Shown: positions 47,853 to 57,133 of the stretch, in pieces
Position numbering within the stretch: the stretch's first letter is position 1
How the letters are laid out: each line of letters begins with the position of its first letter
Assembly (NCBI GenBank): GCA_963770895.1
Contig: CAVYRF010000002.1
Span: forward strand, 1,792,001 to 1,856,000
Origin: an uncultured Acidobacteriota bacterium
Lineage (GTDB): Bacteria; Acidobacteriota; Thermoanaerobaculia; Multivoradales; UBA5704
Direction: 5' to 3'
Length of the DNA: 64,000 nucleotides
Made by a program: the position numbers and the translations under genes
The notes under the pieces: generated by a model
The model's input: the letters and a program-made list of their open reading frames with translations, nothing else
Told to the model about the DNA's origin: nothing
Database searches by the model: none

Positions 47853-49415
47853 ATGATAGCGGAGCCGGCCGAGCCGGGTCGCGTGGCCGCCTCGCCCGGC
47901 TGGTGGGTCGCGGCGGCGCTGGGGCTCTACGGCGCGCTGATGGGCGTCGCGGTGGGTGCCGTGCTCGACCCGCTGGAGAGGCTGGCGCGGTGGCGGCGGC
48001 GCGCGCGGCCGGACGACCTGGCCGAGCGCCAGGGCCGCGCCAGCGCTCCCGCGGCGACGGGGGGCGGGCGGCGCATCCTGCTGCACGCGGTTTCGGTGGG
48101 CGAGATGCGCGCCGCGGCGGCGCTGGCGCACGCCCTTGAGAGCGTGCAGCCCGGCGTCGAGCTGATCGTCACCGCCGGCAATCGCGACGGCCGCGCCGCG
48201 GCGGAGCGGTTGCTGAGCGGCTGCCCCGCGGCGCGGGCCGTGCAGCTCCTCCCCTGGGACCGGCCGGCGGCGATGCGCGCATGGCTGGCGCGGCTGCGCC
48301 CGGACGCCGCCGCGGTGGTGGAAGCCGAGATCTGGCCGGGCCTCTTCGGTGCCTGCCGTCAGCTGGGCATCCCGCTCGCGGTGGTGAGCGGGCGCCTGAC
48401 CGGCGCCAACGTGCGCGGCTACCGGCTGGCGCGCCCCATCTTTGCGCGCGTCCTTGCCGGCGCGGCGTGGATCGGCGTGCAGGAGCCCCTGGACCGTCAG
48501 CGCTTCCTGGCGATCGGCGCGCCGCCGGGCGCCGTGTACGTGCTCGGCGACCTCAAGGCCGGCGCGCCCGCGGCGCCCGCGAGCCTGGCCGCGCCAGCCG
48601 CCTTCGGCGGACCTTGGATTGCCGGCTCGATCGCGGCGCCCCGGCCGCTGCTGGTCGCCGGCAGCACGCACGCTCCCGAGGAACGCTGGCTCATTGCGGC
48701 CCTGGAGCGGCTCGTCCGGCCGGAGCAGCGGCCCCGCCAGGCGGCGGCGATCTCGCTGCCGCGTTGTGCCGACGAGCCGCGGGCGTTGCAGGACCAGCTG
48801 CGGCTTGATCTGGCGCCGCGCTGCGCCGACGAGCCGCAGGCGTTGCGGGCGCTACGGGACCGGCCTCGGCTTGTCCTGGCGCCGCGCTCGATCGGCCGTG
48901 CCGCGGCGGTGGCGCGCCTGGCGCGCCGCCGCGGCTTGCGCTGCCAGATGTGGAGCGAGCAGCCCGGCGGCGACGATTGGGACGTGCTGGTGCTCGATCG
49001 GCTTGGCCCCTTGGCGGCCCTCTATCCCGGAGCCGCGCTGGCGTTCGTCGGCGGCACGCTGGCCCGCCGCGGCGGCCACACGCCACTGGAGGCCGCGGCG
49101 TGCGGCGTGCCGCTGCTGGCGGGGCCGCACCGCCAGCACATTGCGGCCGTCGCCGCGCGGCTCGAACGGGCCGGCGGCTTGCAGACCGTCGGAAACGCCC
49201 GCCAGCTGGCGGCCGCATGGCAGTCGCTGCTGGCCGACCTGCCCCGCCGGCGCCGCATGCGCAGCGCGCTGCTGACCGCGACCCGCGACGGCTGCGACGT
49301 CGCGGCGCGCTATGCCCGCGCGCTGCTGGCCGGCGGTCCGGGGATCGCGGATACCGCGGCCGCGGCGCCACCGGCCGGCGCCGCGAACGCCGCGGCCAGC
49401 TCGCGCCGTCCGTAG
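47853..49415 (+). CDS. waaA: Kdo transferase (WaaA/KdtA)
   Basis: LHAVSVGE, LPWD, EAEIWP, GDLK, AGSTHAPEE and FVGGTL..RGGHTPLEAA. Confidence 0.85.
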   Translation: MIAEPAEPGRVAASPGWWVAAALGLYGALMGVAVGAVLDPLERLARWRRRARPDDLAERQGRASAPAATGGGRRILLHAVSVGEMRAAAALAHALESVQPGVELIVTAGNRDGRAAAERLLSGCPAARAVQLLPWDRPAAMRAWLARLRPDAAAVVEAEIWPGLFGACRQLGIPLAVVSGRLTGANVRGYRLARPIFARVLAGAAWIGVQEPLDRQRFLAIGAPPGAVYVLGDLKAGAPAAPASLAAPAAFGGPWIAGSIAAPRPLLVAGSTHAPEERWLIAALERLVRPEQRPRQAAAISLPRCADEPRALQDQLRLDLAPRCADEPQALRALRDRPRLVLAPRSIGRAAAVARLARRRGLRCQMWSEQPGGDDWDVLVLDRLGPLAALYPGAALAFVGGTLARRGGHTPLEAAACGVPLLAGPHRQHIAAVAARLERAGGLQTVGNARQLAAAWQSLLADLPRRRRMRSALLTATRDGCDVAARYARALLAGGPGIADTAAAAPPAGAANAAASSRRP

Positions 49416-49832
49416 CGCTCGACCGTGCCGTCCGGCCGATGCTTCCAGCGCCAGTGGACCCAGCGCCATTGCAGGGGATCGTCGCGCACCCACCCCTCGT
49501 AGACCGCGACCAGCTGCCGCGTCAGTTCCACGATGGCTTCAGGGGCGCGGCCCGCGGTTTCGACCTGGTGCAGGCGGATCAGGAATGGCACCGGCCCCGG
49601 CCGGCGCACCGCGGCGCCGACGACCAGCGGCGCGCCGCTGGCCAAGGCCAGCAAGGCCGCCGGCACCGCGAAGCGGCGGGCGGTGCTCCGGTCCAGGGCC
49701 GCGCCGTAGGCACGGCGCAGGTTGATCATGCCGGTGCGCCGCGCGTGCCCCCAACCGACGCAGACCAGGCGGCCGTAGAAATCGCCCAGCGCGCCCGCCG
49801 CGCGCCACGACAGCAGCCATAGCGGCAGCGCC
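48592..49832. repeat. Copy A of the waaA(3')-lpxL segment
   Basis: Near-identical to 52002-53628 except for a 441-bp deletion and small indels. Confidence 0.88.
49310..49832 (-). pseudogene. LpxL-like acyltransferase remnant, 5'-truncated with an internal deletion
   Basis: Reads STARRFAV|PAALLALASG; lacks the equivalent of 53018-53458, which holds the GHLGSWE catalytic motif. Confidence 0.85.
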
Positions 49833-49859
49833 CTTTGCGCCGCGACCGCGGCGCGGGCG

Positions 49860-50135
49860 GTGGCGGCGACGAAACTAGGAGTCGGCGGAGAGGTTCACTG
49901 GCAACCGCAAGCTCGGCGAGATCTGAAGCGACTCGACCGACTCGTGCGACGCCGTGTGGTTGAAGCAGTAGAGCAATTCGCGCAAACTGGAGAGGGCGAC
50001 GTAGTGCGTCTCGTTGGTGTCGATCCTCCCGAGTACCGCCTGAGGATAGGCGACTGGCGCCTTCGTTTCGCTCGCGACGACGAGCACCGCTTGCAGGTGC
50101 TTCGCGTGCTGCATCGCGGGAAGGCGTACCGCTAG
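49860..50135 (+). CDS. RelE/ParE family toxin
   Basis: 91 aa; ARRDLKRLD, GDVVRL, EYRLRIGDWR and LRVLHRGKAYR. Confidence 0.85.
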   Translation: MAATKLGVGGEVHWQPQARRDLKRLDRLVRRRVVEAVEQFAQTGEGDVVRLVGVDPPEYRLRIGDWRLRFARDDEHRLQVLRVLHRGKAYR

Positions 50136-50141
50136 GTGAGA

Positions 50142-50396
50142 TCAGGTGTCTAGCTCGAACTCTCGCTTGAGTGCCTCCGTGGAGATGCCCTCGCCGCGCG
50201 CGAGTTCTTGGCGCGCCTCGGTCAGGCCGCCATCGTCGTCATCTGTGTCGGGCTCGTCGTCGACTGGCGCCAGGAGCAGGGCACGAGCGATGGGGTCAGC
50301 AGTCATGGTCAGGCCAACGAGCAACCGGCCGACAGTTGCTAGATCCTCTTCTGGAAGCGAATCGACGAGGCGATGAAGGGTAGCGCGCTGAGACAT
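50142..50396 (-). CDS. Putative antitoxin
   Basis: 84 aa, acidic; LHRLVDSLPEEDL, APVDDEP and EARQELARGEGISTEALKREF, a pattern typical of RelE-associated antitoxins. Confidence 0.7.
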   Translation of the reverse strand: MSQRATLHRLVDSLPEEDLATVGRLLVGLTMTADPIARALLLAPVDDEPDTDDDDGGLTEARQELARGEGISTEALKREFELDT

Positions 50397-50515
50397 GGGC
50401 GGTTCTTCCGCGGCAGCCATCCTCCCTGATCAAGGGAGGTTGCCTTACTCCTGAGAGAGGCGAGGGGGGCCAGGGTCCCTCTATTCGACCTGAATGATAC
50501 TACCGAAGTGCGGCG

Positions 50516-50537
50516 GAAATTTCGCATGCGAAATTTC
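50516..50537. promoter_or_regulatory. Perfect 22-bp palindrome GAAATTTCGCATGCGAAATTTC
   Basis: Self-complementary and AT-rich; lies between the divergent antitoxin and recombinase genes. Confidence 0.6.
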
Positions 50538-50821
50538 TTGGGTCGAGCCCCCCGAGTGGTGGCATCGACCACTGCCAACCAACCGATGGACGAATTAGCG
50601 AGCCCGCAGCGTCCCGATCGCTTACCGGGACGGCCTTTAGGGGGGCGTGGCCGGCTGTCATCGCGTGGGGCCGGCGAGGGCGCCCTGGTAGCGGGAGTCG
50701 ACCTCTGCGAGATCCATGGGCTTCGCTCTTCCGCCGGAGTCCCGCGCCTCCTCTCCGGGGCCGGCATTTGCGCGGCCTGGGTAGCAACGAGCGGCCCGTC
50801 TAGGGCCGCCGGCGGGCCTGG

Positions 50822-51879
50822 TTGGCCGTCGGCCATGTCAGTAGAGCCACTGGCGCGGCGGAGATAGCAGCTTCGGGACCGGTTGGCGCCGCGGCGGTCG
50901 TGCTCTCGTCGGCGACGGCCGAGAAGGTCCGCGTAATTCTCGTCGAGGGGACGGCCGCGGCGACCGCCCGCGCACACGCCGGCGACATCGCCTATTTTTG
51001 CGCGCTGCCTGCGCACTACCCGGTGCCGCTGGCCGCGGTGGTGCAGTTCGTCACCGACCACCTGGAGGGCCTCCCCTCCGCGACCGAGCAAGCCTTGCTC
51101 GACCGAGCGGCGCGCCACCTGCCGGGCGGCAAGGCCAGGCCGGGACCGCACACCCTCTCCACGGTCACCCGCCGGCTCGCATCGCTCTCGAAGGCCCATC
51201 AGCTCGCCGGCGTCGCCAACCCCTGCCAGCGTCCCGAGCTACGCGAGCTGCTGGCGCGCGCCCGCCGGCGGCAGGTCCGCCGCGAGATCCTGCCGCGGCG
51301 CAAGCGTGCCGCCACCCGCGACGTGCTCGACGCCATGCTCGCCACCTGCGATGAACGCCTCGCCGGCGTCCGCGATCGGGCGCTGTTGCTCTTCGCCTTC
51401 GGTTCCGGCGGCCGCCGTCGCTCCGAGGTCGCCGCGGCGCGCGTCGAGGACCTGGTGCCGGTCGAGGGTGGGTATCTCTTCCGCCTGCGACGCAGCAAGA
51501 CCGACCAGGCCGGCGCCGGCGTCGAGCTACCCGTCGTCGGCCGCGCCGGCCGCGCGCGCGCCCTTTGGATCGCCAGCGCAGGTCTGACCGCCGGCCCGCT
51601 CTTTCGCCCGCTCTCATGGCATCGCCGCGGCGATGCCGGTATTTCGGACCGCAGCGTCGCCGGCATCGTCAAAGCTCACGCTGCCCTCGCCGGCTACGAT
51701 CCGCGGGAGTTTGGCGGCCACAGCCTGCGCGCAGGCTTCGTCACCACCGCTGGCCGCCAGGGCGTGAGCTTGGGCGACACAATGGCCCTTTCCGGCCACC
51801 GCAGCACCGCTGTAGCTCTTCGGTATCACCAGGCCGGCGCGCCGCGCTGCACAACCCCGCCGCTCGTCTTGCGGACTGA
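50822..51879 (+). mobile_element. Tyrosine recombinase (Cre/TnpS-like), frameshifted near the 3' end
   Basis: RDRALLLFAFGSGGRRRSEV, RRSKTDQ, GHSLRAGF, GHRS and RY. The likely native tail AALHNPAARLAD* is in another frame ending at 51879. Start uncertain. Confidence 0.85.
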
Positions 51880-52001
51880 TTTGGCGGCCGGCGCCGCGCT
51901 ACACAACCCTCCCGCGGCGGCGGCCTTCAGAGAGCGGCGGGACGCGGCAGGACGGCGGTGCGCTCCACCTGGCCCAGCACCCGCCGCGCCTGATCGAGGG
52001 T

Positions 52002-52770
52002 CGCCAGCCGCCTCCGGCGGGTCTTGGATTGCCAGCTCGATCGCGGCGCCCCGGCCGCTGCTGGTCGCCGGCAGCACCCACGCTCCCGAGGAACGCTGGC
52101 TCATTACGGCCATGGCGCGGCTCGTCCGGCCGGAGCAGCGGCCCCGCCAGACGACGGCGATCTCGCTGCCGCGCTGTGCCGACGAGCCGCGGGCGCGGTA
52201 CCAGCCGCGGTTTGATCTCGCGCCGCGGTACCAGCCGCGGCTTGTCCTGGCGCCGCGCTCGATCGGCCGGGCGGCGGCGGTGGCGCGCCTGACGCGCCGC
52301 CACGGATTGCGCTGCCAGATGTGGAGCGAGCAGCCCGGCGGCGACGATTGGGACGTGTTGGTGCTCGATCAGCTTGGCCCCCTGGCGGCCCTCTATCCCG
52401 GCGCCGCGCTGGCGTTCGTCGGCGGCACGCTGGCCCGGCGCGGCGGCCATTCGCCACTGGAGGCCGCGGCATGCGGCGTGCCGCTCCTGGTGGGGTTGCG
52501 GCCGTCGCCGCACGGCTCGACCTGGCCGGCGGCCTACAGACCGTGGGCAACGCCCGCCAGCTGGCGGCCGCATGGCAGTCGCTGCTGGCCGACCTGCCCC
52601 GCCGGCGCCGCATGCGCAGCGCGCTGCTGACCGCGACCCGCGACGGCCGCGACATCGCGGCGCGCTATGCCCGCGCGCTGCTGGCCGGCGGACCGGGGAT
52701 CGCGGATGCCGCGGCCGCGGCGCCGCCGGCGGGCGGCGCGAAGGCCGCGGCCAGCTCGCGCCGGCCGTAG
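52002..52770 (+). pseudogene. waaA 3' fragment, 5'-truncated and frameshifted
   Basis: PLLVAGSTHAPEE and GGHSPLEAA match 47853-49415; deletions near 52495-52525 shift the frame. Confidence 0.85.
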
Positions 52771-53628
52771 CGCTCGACCGTGCCGTCCGGCCGATGCTTC
52801 CAGCGCCAGTGGACCCAGCGCCACTGCAGCGGATCGTCGCGCACCCACCCCTCGTAGATCGCGACCAGCTGCCGCGTCAGCTCCACGATCGCTTCGGGGC
52901 CGCGGCCCGCAGTTTCGACCTGGTGCAGGCGGATCAGGAACGGCACCGGCCCCGGCCGGCGCACCGCGGCGCCGACGACCAGCGGCGCGCCGCTCGCCAG
53001 GGCCAGCAGGGCCGCCGTCTTGTGGGTCGAAGCCGGGCGGCCGAAGAAGTCGACGTACACCCCGCGCGGACCGCCGTTTTCGTCCAGCAGCAGCAGCACG
53101 CTATGGCCGGCGCGCAGGCGTTGCAGGGCCGGGGCGGCGCCGCCGCGCTTCTCGATCCACTGCTCGGGGCGGCCGCCGCGCACGCGGCGCGCCAGCGCTT
53201 CCAGGTAGGGGTTGTCGATGCTGCGGGCCAGCGCCGCGCCGCGGCCGCCGGTTGCCAGGTCGAGGAGCAGACCCAGGACTTCCCACGAGCCTAAGTGGCC
53301 GGTGACGAAGACCTTCGGCCGCGGGTCGGCCAGCAGCCGCTCGGCCAGGGCGGGGTCCTCGGCGCGGTACAACCGGCGCCACCTGCCGCCGCCGCGCCGG
53401 TGCCGGCGCGCAAACTGGATGGCCTCGGCCAGGCTGCGCCCCAACGAGCCGTAGGCGCGCACCGCGAAGCGGCGGGCGGTGCTCCGGTCGATGGCCGCGC
53501 CGTAGGCACGGCGCAGGTTGATCATGCCGGTGCGCCGCGCGTGCCCCCAGCCGACGCAGATCAGGCGGCCGTAGAAATCGCCCAGCGCGCCCGCCGCGCG
53601 CCACGACAGCAGCCAAAGCGGCAGCGCC
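52002..53628. repeat. Copy B of the waaA(3')-lpxL segment
   Basis: Direct repeat of 48592-49832. Confidence 0.88.
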
Positions 53629-53816
53629 AGCAGCAGCACCAGCGCCGTGGCCGCCAGGTCGCGCGCCGCCAGCAGCCCGCGCAGCAAGGCTGGCGCCGGC
53701 GGCCGCGATCGGGGAAGACCGTCGCCCACCGGCGGCGCCGATCGGGGAGCACCGCCGCCGGGCGGCGGCATTGACTCGGGAGTAACACCGCCGGGCGGCG
53801 GCGGGGCGGCGCTCAC
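52665..53816 (-). CDS. Lipid A late acyltransferase (LpxL/HtrB family)
   Basis: GTGA-coupled start; TGHLGSWE, LLLDEN, VDFFGRPA and PLQWRWVHWRWK. Confidence 0.87.
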   Translation of the reverse strand: MSAAPPPPGGVTPESMPPPGGGAPRSAPPVGDGLPRSRPPAPALLRGLLAARDLAATALVLLLALPLWLLSWRAAGALGDFYGRLICVGWGHARRTGMINLRRAYGAAIDRSTARRFAVRAYGSLGRSLAEAIQFARRHRRGGGRWRRLYRAEDPALAERLLADPRPKVFVTGHLGSWEVLGLLLDLATGGRGAALARSIDNPYLEALARRVRGGRPEQWIEKRGGAAPALQRLRAGHSVLLLLDENGGPRGVYVDFFGRPASTHKTAALLALASGAPLVVGAAVRRPGPVPFLIRLHQVETAGRGPEAIVELTRQLVAIYEGWVRDDPLQWRWVHWRWKHRPDGTVERYGRRELAAAFAPPAGGAAAAASAIPGPPASSARA

Positions 53817-54730
53817 GGTGCCCCCGGCACGGCAGGCACATCCGGCGCATCCGGCGCATCCGGTACATCCGGCACATCCGGCAAGGCTGCGCTCTGGCGC
53901 CGGCCGGCCAGATAACCGGCCATCGCCGCCGCCGTGGCGCCCACCGCGCCGACGGTCCAGGCGAAGGTGCGCCATGGCTCGCGCAGGTAGGGATGGAGGA
54001 AGAAGCCGCCCACCAGGGTGGCGGCGACCACCAGCAGCGCCGCCAGCGTCCAGTCGACGGCGCGCGCCGCCAGCGGTCGGCTGCGCGACACCACCGCCTG
54101 CGCGGCCAGCAGGATCAGCACCAGCCCCAGCAGCACCGGAGGGTCGAAGCGCAGCCAGCGGACCAGCACGGACTGCGCCGAGAAGAGCCGGGCCGGGCCG
54201 TCTTCCAACCAGCCGGTGACCGGCTCGACGGCCAGCACCGCGAGCGCGCCGGCCGCCGCCAGCAGGGCGGCCCTGGTCGCGCCCCCGCGCTCGCGCACCG
54301 CGGCGCCGGCCCACAGCACGGCGGCGGCGGCCAGGGTGGCCGCCAGGAACAGGCGCGGCACCCCCATGGGAGCGTCGAAGCGCAGCGCCGCCAGTGCCGG
54401 CAGCGCCGCCATCGCCGACCGCGCCGCGAGCATGCGCGGCACCGCCAGCGCCGTCACCCAGGCCGTCGCCAACACCAGCACCTGCGCCAGGATCACCAGG
54501 CGCAGTCCGGACACCGCCAGCACCGCCCGCCAGGGGGCGAGCGGCGAGGGACCGCCGCGGGCGCGCAGCGCCCAGGACACCGCGGCGGCCTGCAGGCCCG
54601 GCACGACGATCAGCTCCACGAACGCCGCAAAGCGCAGGTCGAGCCCGGACGACAGCGCCAGGGAGACGACGGTGCGGGTCACCGCGAAGGCCGCCACCAG
54701 GACCAGCCACAAGGCCAGGAAGCGCTTCAC
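53813..54730 (-). CDS. Hypothetical multi-pass membrane protein
   Basis: GTGA-coupled on both sides; several hydrophobic helices; PD[VA] repeat tail. Confidence 0.7.
   Translation of the reverse strand: MKRFLALWLVLVAAFAVTRTVVSLALSSGLDLRFAAFVELIVVPGLQAAAVSWALRARGGPSPLAPWRAVLAVSGLRLVILAQVLVLATAWVTALAVPRMLAARSAMAALPALAALRFDAPMGVPRLFLAATLAAAAVLWAGAAVRERGGATRAALLAAAGALAVLAVEPVTGWLEDGPARLFSAQSVLVRWLRFDPPVLLGLVLILLAAQAVVSRSRPLAARAVDWTLAALLVVAATLVGGFFLHPYLREPWRTFAWTVGAVGATAAAMAGYLAGRRQSAALPDVPDVPDAPDAPDVPAVPGAP
53835..53879. repeat. Five-unit 9-bp tandem repeat GG[CT][AG]CATCC
   Basis: Encodes the PDV/PDA repeats at the C-terminus of the membrane protein. Confidence 0.85.
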
Positions 54731-55407
54731 CGCCGGACCTCCGCGGCTCCGGCCAGGGCGCCGGCCAGAGCGCCGGCCAGCCGCCGCTCCACCTCCGCGG
54801 CCAGGGCGTCCAGCTCGCCGAAGCCGGCGGTGGGCGGCACCGCCAGCGGCGGCGCCAGGGCGATCCGCACCTCGGCGAAGGGCAGGGGCAGGTAGATCCC
54901 CGACCAGGTGCCGGGGAAGCGCAGCCGGTGGCGTGCCGCCGCCGCCACCGGGCGGATCGGCCGGCCGCTTTCGCGGCTGCACACCAGCGCGCCCGGCCGC
55001 ACGCTGCCGCTGGGGCCGAGCGGTCCGTCGACGACCACCGCCAGCGGCCCGGGCGTGATGCGAAGCTGAGCCAGCAGCTGGCGCAACGCCGCCCAGCCGC
55101 CCCGCCGGCTCGAGCCGCGCACCACCTCGCAGCCGAGAGCGCCCAGCGCCGCGGCGGCCCAGTCGCCGTCGCGCCCCAGCGCCACCAGGGCGGTGAAGCC
55201 GCGCGCCGCGGCCAGGCCGGCCAGCGCCAGCGCATCGCGTTCACAGAGCGCGAAGATCTCGCCGGCAAACGCAAACGACCGCGGGTCGAAGCTGGCGCCG
55301 CTGTCGCTCAGGCCGCGCAGGCGCAGCGTCCGGTAGTAGGCGCGGTAGAGACGCGCCAGCGCCGGCACCAGCGGCACGACCAGGCGCCAGCCGCCGCCTT
55401 TTCTCAT
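54727..55407 (-). CDS. DUF374 lysophospholipid acyltransferase-like protein
   Basis: ATGA-coupled; RDGD, VVRGSSRRGG, VDGPLGP and LPLPF. Confidence 0.82.
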   Translation of the reverse strand: MRKGGGWRLVVPLVPALARLYRAYYRTLRLRGLSDSGASFDPRSFAFAGEIFALCERDALALAGLAAARGFTALVALGRDGDWAAAALGALGCEVVRGSSRRGGWAALRQLLAQLRITPGPLAVVVDGPLGPSGSVRPGALVCSRESGRPIRPVAAAARHRLRFPGTWSGIYLPLPFAEVRIALAPPLAVPPTAGFGELDALAAEVERRLAGALAGALAGAAEVRR

Positions 55408-56729
55408 GGCTCCGCGCGCCGCAGCAGCAGGGATGCGCACTGGCCGCCGAACGCAAACGAATTGGACAGCGCGTACTCCAGGTCGGCCGGCGCCGGCCGC
55501 GCCTGGTTCGGCACGGTGTCCAGGCCGCATTCGGGGTCGGGGCGCTCCTGGTTGATGGTCGGATGGAGCGTGCCGCGGCGGAGGGTCAGGGCGGTCACGG
55601 CGGCCTCCACGGCGCCCGCGGCGACCGTCAGGTGGCCGATCATCGACTTGGTGGAGGACACCCCCACCGCCGCCAGCCGCGCGCCCAGCACGTGCCGCAA
55701 CGCCAGGCTCTCGATGCGGTCGTTGGCGGGCGTGGAGGTGCCGTGGGCGTTGACGTAGCCGATCGCTTCCGGCCCGACGCCGGCGTCGGCCAGGGCGCGG
55801 CGCATGGCGAGCTCGGCGCCCCGCCCGCCGGGGTGAGGGTCGGTGACGCGGTAGGCGTCGCAGGCCGAGCCGAAGCCCGCCACCTCGGCCAGGATCGCGG
55901 CGCCGCGCCGGCGGGCGTGCGCCAGCTCCTCCAGGACCAGGACCGCGGCGCCCTCGCCGAGCACGAAGCCGTCGCGGCAGGCGTCGAACGGCCGGCTGGC
56001 GCCGGCGGGGTCCTCGTTGCGGCGCGACAGCGCCCGCAGCAGGCAGAAGCTGGCCAGGCCCATGGGGTAGATCTCCGAGTCGGCCGCGCCGGCGAACACC
56101 AGGTCGGCGGCGCCGCTGCGTATCCAGCGAGCCGCATCGCCGATCGCCTGGGTGCCGGCGGCGCAGGCCGTCATCACCGCCTGCACCGGCCCGCCGGCGC
56201 ACTGCTGGCGCGCCACCAGGGCGGCGAGCGCGCCCGGCGAGCGGCGCTCGGCGGCGCGCGGCTCCATGGTTGCGGCGAGCCGGTCGGCAAAGGCCCGCGG
56301 CGCGAAGGCGCCCTGCGCGCCGGCGGCGGCGCAGGCGGCGAACAGCTCGCGGTGGCCGTAGGTGCCCAGCCCGGACGCGAACACCACCCCCACCCGGTCG
56401 GCCGGGACCTCCGCCGCCCGCGCGTCGCGGCCGGCCTGGGCCGCCGCCATCAGGCCGAAGCGGGCGATGCGCTCCAGGTCGTGCCAGAGCCGCGCGGCGA
56501 CGGTGCCGGCGGGAGGCTCGACCTCGCCGTCCGGCACCACGGCGGCGATGCGCGACGGAAAGGCCGCGGCGTCGAAGCGGCGGATCGCGGTGACCGCCGA
56601 GCGGCCCGCGACAAGGCTCTGCCAGAACCGCTCGACGTCGCAGCCGTGCGGCGTGACGACGCCCAGGCCGGTGATGACGACGCGGCGCCGCGCCGCGCCC
56701 GGCCGCAAGGGCTCCGCGGCGGCGCTCAC
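55404..56729 (-). CDS. Beta-ketoacyl-ACP synthase (FabF-like, catalytic triad intact)
   Basis: RRVVITGLG, MTACAAG, NAHGTST, KSMIGHL and SNSFAFGG. Confidence 0.92.
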   Translation of the reverse strand: MSAAAEPLRPGAARRRVVITGLGVVTPHGCDVERFWQSLVAGRSAVTAIRRFDAAAFPSRIAAVVPDGEVEPPAGTVAARLWHDLERIARFGLMAAAQAGRDARAAEVPADRVGVVFASGLGTYGHRELFAACAAAGAQGAFAPRAFADRLAATMEPRAAERRSPGALAALVARQQCAGGPVQAVMTACAAGTQAIGDAARWIRSGAADLVFAGAADSEIYPMGLASFCLLRALSRRNEDPAGASRPFDACRDGFVLGEGAAVLVLEELAHARRRGAAILAEVAGFGSACDAYRVTDPHPGGRGAELAMRRALADAGVGPEAIGYVNAHGTSTPANDRIESLALRHVLGARLAAVGVSSTKSMIGHLTVAAGAVEAAVTALTLRRGTLHPTINQERPDPECGLDTVPNQARPAPADLEYALSNSFAFGGQCASLLLRRAEP

Positions 56730-57133
56730 GGCGTCTCCGGCAGCCTTGTTTCGAGGTAGGCGACGATCGTGCTCACGGTCACCAGGCGCGGCAGGTCCTG
56801 CTGGCGCACGCCGTCGGCAAAGCGATCCCAGCGGAACTCCGGCAGGCGCTCGCGCAGCGCGGCGACCCCGGCTTCCAGGCGCTCGGCGGTCACCTCGCCG
56901 GGACCGAAGCCGCCGCGCCAGATCTCTTCGTCCGGGATCTCGATGCCGAACTCGTCTTCGAGCCGGAAGGCGATGTCCATGAAGTCGATCGATTCGGCGC
57001 CCAGGTCGTCCACCAGCGACGAATACAGGTGGATCTCGCCGGTGGGCCGGTCCAGGGCCGCGGCCAGGATGGTCGCGACACGCGCCTCGATCTGGCGCGG
57101 CGCGGCTGCCGGCGTGGAGCCTTCGGCGGTCAT
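56726..57133 (-). CDS. Acyl carrier protein with a long insertion (135 aa)
   Basis: DLGAESIDFMDI, LEDEFGIEIPDEE, then about 45 extra residues before TVSTIVAYL. Confidence 0.85.
   Translation of the reverse strand: MTAEGSTPAAAPRQIEARVATILAAALDRPTGEIHLYSSLVDDLGAESIDFMDIAFRLEDEFGIEIPDEEIWRGGFGPGEVTAERLEAGVAALRERLPEFRWDRFADGVRQQDLPRLVTVSTIVAYLETRLPETP

Noticed and set aside
50822-52630. Recombinase-WaaA fusion protein as a novel enzyme
   Set aside because: Explained by a 2-bp frameshift reading into a broken waaA fragment.
53817-55274. 869-aa version of the LpxL ORF
   Set aside because: The upstream part overlaps two real genes in other frames; a coupled GTG start lies at 53816.
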